A DNA stretch of 64,000 nt, taken from contig MEMO01000021.1 of assembly GCA_001767955.1 (NCBI GenBank), forward strand, positions 8,344 through 72,343, given 5' to 3'. Position numbers and translations under genes: made by a program. This stretch comes from Alphaproteobacteria bacterium RIFCSPLOWO2_01_FULL_40_26 (lineage in GTDB: Bacteria > Pseudomonadota > Alphaproteobacteria > Rickettsiales > UBA1997). The notes beneath the pieces were generated by a model. The model saw only the letters and a list, made by a program, of their open reading frames with translations. It did no database searches and was not told the origin of the DNA. This document shows, in pieces, positions 38,086 to 46,539 of this stretch. Each line of letters starts with the position of its first letter. Positions within the stretch are counted from its first letter, which is position 1.

Positions 38086-39189
38086 TCAATTTTTCAAAAC
38101 CACCTTACCAAAACCAATCTCAATTCTATCCGCCAACTCAAGCTGCACCAATGCAATGTTGGTAAGCCTTACCGAGATTTGTAGTTCGCTGATAATTTGA
38201 TCAATTTCTATTGGAACAAAAGTCAATCTCGCCAGAATTTCTTCACGCACTTTTGTGATTTCAGCATCTGATGGCATTTTGGCTTGCGGCGCGATGAATT
38301 CTTCCGCTTCCGGTTCGCTTAATTTTCCAACATCCTTGAAACGCGCTTTTAAACTCGGAAGTTCGTTCAAAATATCTTCAACCTTTTCAAACATGTTGGC
38401 GCCATCTTTGATGAGGCGATTGGTGCCGTGATTTCTTGGATCAAAAGGCGAACCTGGAACCGCGAAAACTTCTCTGCCCTGTTCGGCGGCAAAACGAGCT
38501 GTGATCAAACTTCCGGATTTAACTCCGGCTTCAATCACAATTACCGCAAGGGATAATCCGGAAATAAGACGATTTCTTTGCACAAAATTTCCGCCCTTTG
38601 GCGGCGCGTTAAAAGGAGATTCGGTCACTAGCAATCCATGACGCGATACATCATCATAAAGTTTACGATTTTCTGATGGATAAATTGTGTTGATACCACC
38701 GGCAATCACACCAATCGTGCCACTTAAAATTGAAGCCTCATGCGCAGCAGCATCAATGCCACGCGCCATCCCTGAAACTGTGATTATCGAATTCTGGCCA
38801 AGATCGAGGGCAACCCTTCTGGCAAAGGAGGAAGAATTGAAAGAAGCATTTCTTGCGCCAACAATCGCCACGCAATCATGATCAAAAAATTCAATATTGC
38901 CTTTGACTGTTAAAATTGGTGATGGATCGGGAATTTCGCGTAAAAGACGCGGATATTTTTCATCAGAAAATAATAAAATTTCCGCGCCGAATTTGCGCGA
39001 TTTTACCAATTCTTCTTCAGCATCTTTTTGTGAACAGATTTTGATTTTTCGCAAAGAAATTTCGCCCAAATGCTCAAGCGCGGCAGAAGGCGTGCCGAAA
39101 ATTTCGACGAGACGGAAAAAAGTTGATCTTCCGATATTTTCGCTTCTAGCAAGACGCAAAGAAACGATTAATTCTTCATTGCTTATCAT
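38086..39189 (-). CDS. dprA: DNA-processing protein DprA
   Basis: VSGMARGIDAAAHEA, VIEAGVKSGSLITARFAAEQGREVFAVPG. Confidence 0.9.
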   Translation of the reverse strand: MISNEELIVSLRLARSENIGRSTFFRLVEIFGTPSAALEHLGEISLRKIKICSQKDAEEELVKSRKFGAEILLFSDEKYPRLLREIPDPSPILTVKGNIEFFDHDCVAIVGARNASFNSSSFARRVALDLGQNSIITVSGMARGIDAAAHEASILSGTIGVIAGGINTIYPSENRKLYDDVSRHGLLVTESPFNAPPKGGNFVQRNRLISGLSLAVIVIEAGVKSGSLITARFAAEQGREVFAVPGSPFDPRNHGTNRLIKDGANMFEKVEDILNELPSLKARFKDVGKLSEPEAEEFIAPQAKMPSDAEITKVREEILARLTFVPIEIDQIISELQISVRLTNIALVQLELADRIEIGFGKVVLKN

Positions 39190-39221
39190 GGTGATATGGG
39201 TTGGTTTAAATTCTGATTTGG

Positions 39222-39989
39222 TCAGTTTTTGATACGATAGCCCCGCTTAATCATGCCATAAAGCACAATTGCAAGAGCGGCGTTGAGAAATAAAATGTAG
39301 ATCGCTCCTGTCAATAAATTTCCGTCATGATGTCCGGTAATGCCAAAACGAAATCCGTCAATCATGTAAAAAAACGGATTTAGGTGCGAAACTTTTTGCC
39401 AGAATTCCGGCAAAACATTTGTTGAATAAAAGGTGCCGGACAGGAAGGTGAGGGGTGTGATGACATAGCTAGTCATCGCCGACATCTGGTCAAAAGTTTC
39501 AGAAAAAACTCCACATAAAACTCCAAGCAAAGCCAGAAACATGCAGGCAAAAAACAGATAAAAAATTGCGTGAAAAAAACTGAAAATCGGCAGCGCAACA
39601 AAAAATGAGATCGCCACAAAAGCTACAATCGCCACACAAATTCCGCGCAAAATCGCGCCGAAAGTGAAAGCAAAAAGCAACTCAAACGCACCAAGCGGCG
39701 GCATCAGATAATCAACAATATTTCCCATCACACGACCCATCACAAAAGATGAAGAAGAATTGGCAAAAGCATTTTGCATCGAAGCCATCATGATCAGGCC
39801 TGAAGCCATGAAAACAGCGAAGGGAACGCCCTCAATAGTTTCTACCGCATGACCAACCGATAGCGAAAAAACCGCCAGAAAAAGTATGATGTTAATAACG
39901 GGAGAAAAAAGTGTCTGATGATAAACTTTTAGAAAGCGCATTGTTTCTTTTTTGAATACAGTAAGAGCGCCGAACCAATTTATTGACAT
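39222..39989 (-). CDS. ABC-2 type transporter permease (no adjacent ATPase)
   Basis: 255 aa, 6 TM; YadH-like pattern. Confidence 0.65.
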   Translation of the reverse strand: MSINWFGALTVFKKETMRFLKVYHQTLFSPVINIILFLAVFSLSVGHAVETIEGVPFAVFMASGLIMMASMQNAFANSSSSFVMGRVMGNIVDYLMPPLGAFELLFAFTFGAILRGICVAIVAFVAISFFVALPIFSFFHAIFYLFFACMFLALLGVLCGVFSETFDQMSAMTSYVITPLTFLSGTFYSTNVLPEFWQKVSHLNPFFYMIDGFRFGITGHHDGNLLTGAIYILFLNAALAIVLYGMIKRGYRIKN

Positions 39990-40055
39990 GTAGTTTGATT
40001 TTTTATGAATTGACGAAACTTCATCCTAAAACAAATTCAGAATGACAAAAAGAAT

Positions 40056-41090
40056 ATGACCGATTTAGAAAAACTTTTATCCGATTTCAATTCGCAAGTT
40101 TTTGCAATTAAAGACAAGAAAAGCCTTGAGGAAATTCGCATTAGTTTTCTTGGAAAAAAAGGTTTGGTAACCGAGCTTTTTTCACAGCTAAAAAATCTTG
40201 CCGCTGAAGAAAAAAAATCATTTGGAGCAGGAATAAACCAGCTTCGCGATCAAATCACAAAACAACTCGACGATAAAAAAGATGAATTTGAAATAGCTGA
40301 ATTAAACGAAAAATTAAGTGACGAAAAAATTGATCTTACCGAACCGGTTCGCAAAAAAAGCATTGGCCTGATTCATCCAGTCAGCAAAGTGATGAGAGAA
40401 ATCGAAGAAATTTTTTCACAGTTTGGATTTGAATTTGCTCAAGGCCCGGAAATTGAAGATGATTTTCACAATTTCACCGCACTCAATATCGACGAAACCC
40501 ATCCGGCACGCCAGATGCAAGACACTTTCTATCTCAAAAATTCTGAATTATTGCTGCGCACTCACACTTCAAATGTGCAAATCAGAAAAATGCAAAATTC
40601 CAAACCACCTTTTAGAATTGCGGCTTTGGGACGCGTTTTTCGTTGTGATTCCGATCAAACTCACGCACCGATGTTTCACCAGTTTGAAGGATTTGTTGTC
40701 GATGAAAATATCACAATGGGACATCTCAAATGGACGTTAGAAAATTTTTTACAGAAATTCTTTGGGGATAGAAATCTTGAGTTGCGTTTTCGTCCAAGCT
40801 TCTTCCCATTCACCGAACCATCAGCCGAAGTTGACATAAATTACACCATCGAGCAGGAAAAAATTAAAATTGGCAATGGTGATAAATTCATGGAAATTCT
40901 TGGATGCGGCATGATTCATCCAAATGTTTTAAGAAACTGCGGAATTGACGATGAAAAATTTCAAGGCTTCGCCTTCGGCATAGGAATAGAGCGCCTCGCC
41001 ATGCTAAAATATGGCATTGCTGATTTGCGGATGTTCTTTGAAAATGATGTGAGGTTTTTGAATCATTTTGGGTTTAGAAACTGTTTATAA
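40056..41090 (+). CDS. pheS: Phenylalanyl-tRNA synthetase alpha subunit (no adjacent pheT); last 4 codons and stop lie inside element B2
   Basis: HPARQMQDTFY, FRCDSDQTHAPMFHQFEG, GFAFGIGIERLAMLKYGIADLRMFFENDVRFL. Confidence 0.95.
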   Translation: MTDLEKLLSDFNSQVFAIKDKKSLEEIRISFLGKKGLVTELFSQLKNLAAEEKKSFGAGINQLRDQITKQLDDKKDEFEIAELNEKLSDEKIDLTEPVRKKSIGLIHPVSKVMREIEEIFSQFGFEFAQGPEIEDDFHNFTALNIDETHPARQMQDTFYLKNSELLLRTHTSNVQIRKMQNSKPPFRIAALGRVFRCDSDQTHAPMFHQFEGFVVDENITMGHLKWTLENFLQKFFGDRNLELRFRPSFFPFTEPSAEVDINYTIEQEKIKIGNGDKFMEILGCGMIHPNVLRNCGIDDEKFQGFAFGIGIERLAMLKYGIADLRMFFENDVRFLNHFGFRNCL

Positions 41091-41236
41091 TCTTTTTTAA
41101 CCCCATATTTTACCCTGTTTTTGCTTATTTTTTGACAAAATTACTCACCGTATTTCCAGATACGCTTCGTAATTTTGTCAAAAAAGCGCTAAAAACATGC
41201 TAAAATCTGGGGTTAAAAAAGATCATAAACAGTTTC
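41077..41236. mobile_element. 160-bp palindromic MITE-like element, family B copy B2
   Basis: GAAACTGTTTATAATCTTTTTTAACCCC..GGGGTTAAAAAAGATCATAAACAGTTTC, flanked by a TTA direct repeat. Confidence 0.9.
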
Positions 41237-42175
41237 TTAGAACCAGTATTTAAAAAGCTCTGGCAATTTGGTTTTAATTTTCAGTTTCCCAATTTTGATT
41301 TCATGGGCATGAAGACAAAGACGATCTGAAATATCTTTTCGCAACACTTTTTTTCCGCCGTATTTTACATCATTGATGATGGGATGTCCGATTTCCTTGC
41401 AATGAACACGGAGCTGATGGGTGCGGCCAGTAAGCGGTTTTAACTCAAGCAATGAATAATCTGTAAAACTTTTTAAAACTTTAAATTCAGTAATCGCCTC
41501 TTTTCCCTCCTCAAAATCAGGAGAAACTTTTTCGTTTTTGCCTTGAATTTTTTTGCGCAGAGGAATGTTAATTATGCCATGCGATTTTTTTGGAATGCCG
41601 TAAACCAAGGCTAGATATGTCTTCTTGATGGTTTTGTTTTTAAAAGCTTCAGTCAGAAATTCAGTGGATTTTGCATTTTTGGCTATAAGTAAAATACCAG
41701 AAGTGTCTTTGTCGAGACGGTGAACTAATTGCCATTTCTCGTGCTTCGTGCTTCGTGCTTCGTGCTTCGGAATTATGGAATTTTGGTGAAATAAAAAGTC
41801 ATCAACCGAAACATCTATGCCGCTTCCTCCTTGAGTGGCAAGGCCTGAAGGCTTATCAAGCGCGATCAGATTTTCATCTTCAAAAATTATCCACGACAAA
41901 AATTTTTGCATTTTTGCGGTAGAAATTTTTGTTCTTTGTTTCTGATTTTCACGACGGTTTTTTAGATCAGAAAAAATTTCTACCTGATCTGCATCTTTGA
42001 TTTTATAGGCTGAATCAACTCTTGCGCCATTGACTTTCACTTTCTTTTCACGAATCAGTTTTTGCGCCAGAGCAAAAGAAATATCAAATTTTTTACAGAG
42101 AAATTTATCGAGACGAAGGCCTGCTAACTCTTGATTAGCATGGCTTAGGGCGTGTTGACATTCATTTTTATTCAC
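41237..42175 (-). CDS. RluA-family pseudouridine synthase (RluC/RluD-like) with S4 domain and in-frame heptad-repeat insertion
   Basis: S4 LRLDKFL..; catalytic HRLDKDTSG; TGRTHQLRVH. The GTG start lies inside element G2. Confidence 0.85.
   Translation of the reverse strand: MNKNECQHALSHANQELAGLRLDKFLCKKFDISFALAQKLIREKKVKVNGARVDSAYKIKDADQVEIFSDLKNRRENQKQRTKISTAKMQKFLSWIIFEDENLIALDKPSGLATQGGSGIDVSVDDFLFHQNSIIPKHEARSTKHEKWQLVHRLDKDTSGILLIAKNAKSTEFLTEAFKNKTIKKTYLALVYGIPKKSHGIINIPLRKKIQGKNEKVSPDFEEGKEAITEFKVLKSFTDYSLLELKPLTGRTHQLRVHCKEIGHPIINDVKYGGKKVLRKDISDRLCLHAHEIKIGKLKIKTKLPELFKYWF
41748..41770. repeat. Family C heptad arm (GTGCTTC)x~4, translated in frame in the pseudouridine synthase gene
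   Basis: CTCGTGCTTCGTGCTTCGTGCTTCGTGCTTCGG encodes ..PKHEARSTKHEK.. immediately upstream of the HRLD motif. Confidence 0.8.
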
Positions 42176-42307
42176 AGTTTTTCAGAAATTTTTAGCGACT
42201 TTTTTGAAGAATTTTGAAGCTGTATTAGACATACTGCAAAAAATTCTTCAAAAAAATGAGCAAAAATTTGTGGAAAAATGGGAATAAAAATGAATGTCAA
42301 CACGCCC
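42148..42307. mobile_element. 160-bp palindromic MITE-like element, family G copy G2
   Basis: IRs GGGCGTGTTGACATTCATTTTTATTC / GAATAAAAATGAATGTCAACACGCCC with TA flanks. The core is shared with G1 and family A. Confidence 0.85.
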
Positions 42308-42699
42308 TAATTGCATATCAATTTCATCAAATGAAAACCGAAAAACAAAGCGACAATTGAAATTACGACAGAAGAAATCGCATAAATCGCGGCTTGAGGA
42401 TATTGGCCGGCAGTGGCTAGACGGAAGAAATCAAGCGAAAAAGATGAAAAGGTTGTGAACCCTCCGAGAAAACCGATGAGCAAAAAATTCTTCAAACGCG
42501 GATCAAAATTGTCAAAATTTTTGATGATGAAATAGTAGATAATGCCTGCAAACATTGATCCCGCAACATTCACAAAAAAAGTTCCCCAAGGAAAATTTGT
42601 TAGAGAATGGTTGAGTTTCGTGATTGCTTCCGACGAAAGATAACGCGCAACAGAACCTAAAGCACCACCGATTGCGATTAAAATCAAATTTGTCATCAA
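42307..42699 (-). CDS. crcB: Fluoride ion channel CrcB
   Basis: 130 aa, 4 TM; [10 protein letters not shown] and [12 protein letters not shown]. Confidence 0.9.
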   Translation of the reverse strand: MMTNLILIAIGGALGSVARYLSSEAITKLNHSLTNFPWGTFFVNVAGSMFAGIIYYFIIKNFDNFDPRLKNFLLIGFLGGFTTFSSFSLDFFRLATAGQYPQAAIYAISSVVISIVALFFGFHLMKLICN

Positions 42700-43853
42700 A
42701 TAAGTTTTTTTAACCTCTCCGCCAAATCGGTTTTTTCCCAGCTGAAACCGCCGTCGGCTTCAGGATTGCGACCGAAATGTCCGTAGGTTGCGGTACGTTT
42801 GTAGATCGGCTTGTTTAAACCAAGATGGGTTCTGATTCCGCGCGGCGAAAGATCAATCAACTCATTGATGATTTTAACCAAATCTTCACCAGCAACACCG
42901 GTTTTGTGATTATTGACATAAAGTGAAAGTGGCTTGGAAACGCCAATCGCATAAGAAATTTGAATGGTACAACGCGTGGCCAAACCAGCAGCCACCACGT
43001 TTTTTGCCAGATAGCGCGCCATATAGGCAGCGGAGCGATCAACCTTGGTTGGATCTTTTCCGGAGAAAGCGCCGCCACCATGCGGAGCTGCACCGCCATA
43101 AGTATCAACAATGATTTTACGACCGGTTAATCCGGCATCGCCATCAGGTCCGCCAATCACAAATTTGCCGGTTGGATTGACCAAAAATTTTTCTTCTTTG
43201 CACATCCAACCTTTGGGCAAAGATTTTTTAACATAAGGGTGGATAAGCTCGCGCACTTGTTTTTGCGTCATGCCTTCTTTGTGCTGAATTGAAACCAGAA
43301 CATTTTCAGCGCGCACTGGCATGCTATTTTCATACCACAAAGTCACCTGGCTTTTTGCATCGGGACCAAGACCACAAATCTCGCCAGCTCTGACTGCATC
43401 CATAATGTTATGCAAAATTCTGTGCGCATAATAAATCGCTGCCGGCATAAAAACTTCAGTCTCATTTACAGCATAACCAAACATGATGCCCTGATCACCA
43501 GCGCCTTCATCTTTAGAGCCACTAGCATCAACACCAATAGCAATATCTGAAGATTGACCATGAATCAGATTGGTAATTTCAAGATTTTGAAAGTGAAAAC
43601 CTTCTTGCTCATAACCAATTTCCTTCACTGTTTTGCGAATCAAATTTTCAATTTCAGATTTAGAAATTTCCGGCGCGCGCGTTTCGCCGCCAATTATCAC
43701 GCGGTTGGTAGTGGCAAAAGTTTCGATGGCTAAACGCGAATATGGATCTCTGGCCAGATAGGCATCGACAAGAGTGTCAGAAATTTGATCACAAATTTTA
43801 TCGGGATGACCTTCAGACACTGATTCCGAAGTAAACAAAAAGTTTTTTGGCAT
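42696..43853 (-). CDS. metK: S-adenosylmethionine synthetase
   Basis: [57 protein letters not shown]. Confidence 0.97.
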   Translation of the reverse strand: MPKNFLFTSESVSEGHPDKICDQISDTLVDAYLARDPYSRLAIETFATTNRVIIGGETRAPEISKSEIENLIRKTVKEIGYEQEGFHFQNLEITNLIHGQSSDIAIGVDASGSKDEGAGDQGIMFGYAVNETEVFMPAAIYYAHRILHNIMDAVRAGEICGLGPDAKSQVTLWYENSMPVRAENVLVSIQHKEGMTQKQVRELIHPYVKKSLPKGWMCKEEKFLVNPTGKFVIGGPDGDAGLTGRKIIVDTYGGAAPHGGGAFSGKDPTKVDRSAAYMARYLAKNVVAAGLATRCTIQISYAIGVSKPLSLYVNNHKTGVAGEDLVKIINELIDLSPRGIRTHLGLNKPIYKRTATYGHFGRNPEADGGFSWEKTDLAERLKKLI

Positions 43854-43891
43854 TACGCAAAAAATTGAGATTCTGGAAGGCTTTCCAAAAG

Positions 43892-44593
43892 TTAAAAAGA
43901 TCTTAAATAGCCGATACGAACAGTGCTATAGTGCGAGTCAAGCAAGGCCAGTTTGCCGTAATATTTTTGCACTGAAAAACGAATTGCATTGTTTTCATTT
44001 AAAGTGAGCTGAAAGCCGGCACCGTAGAGCCCGGTGGTTTCATGCGCTTTTCTTTCCAAAAAAACTCCACTGGCATTTGCGTAATTCAGCTTGCTTGTCA
44101 TGTCAGAAACTCCGCCTTCAGCAAAAACTTCAAATAAATTTTCAACCAGCGGAACATAAAACAACGCGGAAAAATTATATTGATCAATTCTGAAATTAGC
44201 CTTGCGCGAAAGCGCTCCAACATCTTGCAAAGATGCGTTATCGAGATCGCTTTGCACCCAATTTGCATTAAATCCGAGATAACGATGAAGACGAAAATTG
44301 AAGCCAAGCGCAATATTTTCAATTTCACGCAATTGGTGAAAGAGATCATCGGAAGTTTTGAAATCAGTGTTGGTTCCACCGCCAGAAACTTCGGGAGCGT
44401 TATATTCAATTGACAAGGATGGTTTGAAAAAAAATCCGTGAGTTGGCGCAGTTTTAACTCTAATCGTGTTAACAGAAGGAAGAGGCGGCTGTTTAGAGCG
44501 CGGAGTTTTTTGATAATCATCAGCTGGTGATTGCGCAAAAACCTGGCAATTCAGGAAAGCAAAAATTGCGGTGAGAAAAAATATTTTTTTCAA
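43892..44593 (-). CDS. Small outer-membrane beta-barrel protein (OmpA-like/porin family)
   Basis: Signal peptide [20 protein letters not shown]; C-terminal ..RIGYLRSF. Confidence 0.55.
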   Translation of the reverse strand: MKKIFFLTAIFAFLNCQVFAQSPADDYQKTPRSKQPPLPSVNTIRVKTAPTHGFFFKPSLSIEYNAPEVSGGGTNTDFKTSDDLFHQLREIENIALGFNFRLHRYLGFNANWVQSDLDNASLQDVGALSRKANFRIDQYNFSALFYVPLVENLFEVFAEGGVSDMTSKLNYANASGVFLERKAHETTGLYGAGFQLTLNENNAIRFSVQKYYGKLALLDSHYSTVRIGYLRSF

Positions 44594-44934
44594 AAGAACC
44601 TCTCCAATAAATAAAAAAATCCGACAACGGCGCTGACTATTGTGCCCATGCGGATTGTAAGTCGCATTTCCATTTCTCTAAATCTGCTTTCAAACTTTAA
44701 TTCCATTTCTTTCATATCTCGTCTTAAGGCTGTCTCCAACTCTTTAAGATCCCTCTTAAGATCTTGCTTGGTTGCAAGAGTAGCTTCGATTTGTCCTGAT
44801 TGTTCAGAAAGAATCTCAACCTGAACCTCCGCCTGTTTCTCCGTAAAACCCGCTTCTTTCAAGCGATGAAGAATTTTAACCGGATTGGAGAGAAAATGTG
44901 AAAACATTGGTGAGTCGATAGCAAGTGTAGTCAT
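44590..44934 (-). CDS. DUF1640 (CCDC90-like) coiled-coil protein with C-terminal TM anchor
   Basis: ..LKEAGFTEKQAE..LATKQDLKRDLKELE..; terminal hydrophobic GTIVSAVVGFFYLL. Confidence 0.5.
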   Translation of the reverse strand: MTTLAIDSPMFSHFLSNPVKILHRLKEAGFTEKQAEVQVEILSEQSGQIEATLATKQDLKRDLKELETALRRDMKEMELKFESRFREMEMRLTIRMGTIVSAVVGFFYLLERFF

Positions 44935-45008
44935 GGCTGTGATTTGGTTTTGAGTTAAATGAAGTCAGTGATTCAAAGGTGAATCGTAATGCAACTTATC
45001 AAAGCGCT

Positions 45009-46382
45009 CTAACAATTTTCAAGAGCAAAGTTGATGCGCGCTAGAACTTCATGCTTTCCCAAAATTTCAATCACATCAAAAATTCCACCGGCAGATGAGG
45101 AGGAAAAAGTTAGAATCAAGCGCAAAACTGGCCCAAAATCCTTGATTTTTAAACCTCTAAAATTGGCAAAATCATTTAAGGAATTTTTTATACCATCATG
45201 AGACCAATCCTCTAAATCATTGAAAATCACGCGCAAATCACCAATCAAAGATTTTTTTTCAGCGATAATTTTTTTATCAGCCTCATCAAATTCACCGCGA
45301 AAATCATCGTGATAAGTTTCCAGCCATTTTTCCAAATCGGTAAGCAATTCTGCCCTTTCTTTCAAAAATTTTAAAGCCCGTAAAAACTTTGTTTTCTGCA
45401 CCAATTGGTAATTGAGGTAATTCAATAACTCCTCCTCGCTCTTCCCTCTAATGTAATGCTTATTAAGCGATTTGAGTTTAGCAAAATCAAAACGTGAAGG
45501 CGATTTCCCGACTTTTTCCAAGCCAAACCATTCTATCGCCTGCGCATCGGAAATGATTTCAGCATCGCCATGCGACCAGCCAAGACGTAGCAGATAATTG
45601 CGCATCGCTTCTGGCAAATAGCCCATGTTTTTATATTCAATCACTGAAATAGCGCCATGGCGCTTTGACATTTTAGTGCCATCTGACCCATGAATCAGCG
45701 GGATGTGAGCAAATTCAGGATTTTTCCAGCCCATCGCCTCATAAATTATTTTTTGGCGGAAGGCATTGGTTAAATGATCATCACCGCGAATCACGTGGGT
45801 TATTTCCATATCATGATCATCAACAACAACCGCAAGCATGTAAGTTGGAATGCCATCTCCGCGCAATATTACCAGATCATCAAGCTCGGAATTTTTTACC
45901 CGCACTTCACCTTGCACCAAATCATTAATTACGCTTTCGCCTTCAAGTGGAGCTTTGATGCGAATTACCGGCTTAACGCTGGAACTTTGCGACATCACCT
46001 TATCGCGCCACGGGCTTCTGAAACGAAAAACCTCTCCTTTTTTTTCAGCAAATTCTCGCATACAGACAAGCTCTTCTGCAGAAACATAACACAAATAAGC
46101 CTGATTTTTTTCGAGCAACTTTTTGGCAATTTCCTGATGGCGCAAAAAATTTTTTGATTGCAAAACAAAATTTCCATCATGCTTAAGACCAAGCCAGTCA
46201 AGACCTTGTAGAATTGCATCAATTGCTTCCGTGGTTGATCTTTTTTCGTCGGTATCTTCAATTCGAAGTAAAAATTTTCCGCGATTATGACGAGCAAAAA
46301 GATAATTAAACAACGCGGTGCGAGCGCCGCCGATATGCAAATATCCGGTTGGAGAAGGAGCAAATCTGGTAATAACCGACAT
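45009..46382 (-). CDS. gltX: Glutamyl-tRNA synthetase
   Basis: MSVITRFAPSPTGYLHIGGARTALFNY, KMSKRHG. The longer ORF-track N-terminus is repeat-derived. Confidence 0.95.
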   Translation of the reverse strand: MSVITRFAPSPTGYLHIGGARTALFNYLFARHNRGKFLLRIEDTDEKRSTTEAIDAILQGLDWLGLKHDGNFVLQSKNFLRHQEIAKKLLEKNQAYLCYVSAEELVCMREFAEKKGEVFRFRSPWRDKVMSQSSSVKPVIRIKAPLEGESVINDLVQGEVRVKNSELDDLVILRGDGIPTYMLAVVVDDHDMEITHVIRGDDHLTNAFRQKIIYEAMGWKNPEFAHIPLIHGSDGTKMSKRHGAISVIEYKNMGYLPEAMRNYLLRLGWSHGDAEIISDAQAIEWFGLEKVGKSPSRFDFAKLKSLNKHYIRGKSEEELLNYLNYQLVQKTKFLRALKFLKERAELLTDLEKWLETYHDDFRGEFDEADKKIIAEKKSLIGDLRVIFNDLEDWSHDGIKNSLNDFANFRGLKIKDFGPVLRLILTFSSSSAGGIFDVIEILGKHEVLARINFALENC

Positions 46383-46390
46383 AAATAAAT

Positions 46391-46450
46391 TTTGTGCTTC
46401 GTGCCTCGTGCTTCGTGCTTCGTTAATTTTGAACCACGAAGCACGAAAAC
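46391..46450. repeat. Family C heptad-arm hairpin (copy C7) just upstream of gltX
   Basis: TTTGTGCTTCGTGCCTCGTGCTTCGTGCTTCGTTAATTTTGAACCACGAAGCACGAAAAC. Confidence 0.8.
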
Positions 46451-46539
46451 ATAAAACTTTAGGAACAATCAAAAAATCATTTTACATTTTGCATTACATT
46501 TTGATTTTTGCATTTTGATTTTGCATTCGAAATTAATTA

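Noticed and set aside
46473-46539. Repeated TTGCATT motifs upstream of the GspE-like ATPase as operator sites
   Set aside because: This is a short AT-rich repeat with about four occurrences in a single spacer. There is no palindromic structure and no known regulator motif that I can name.
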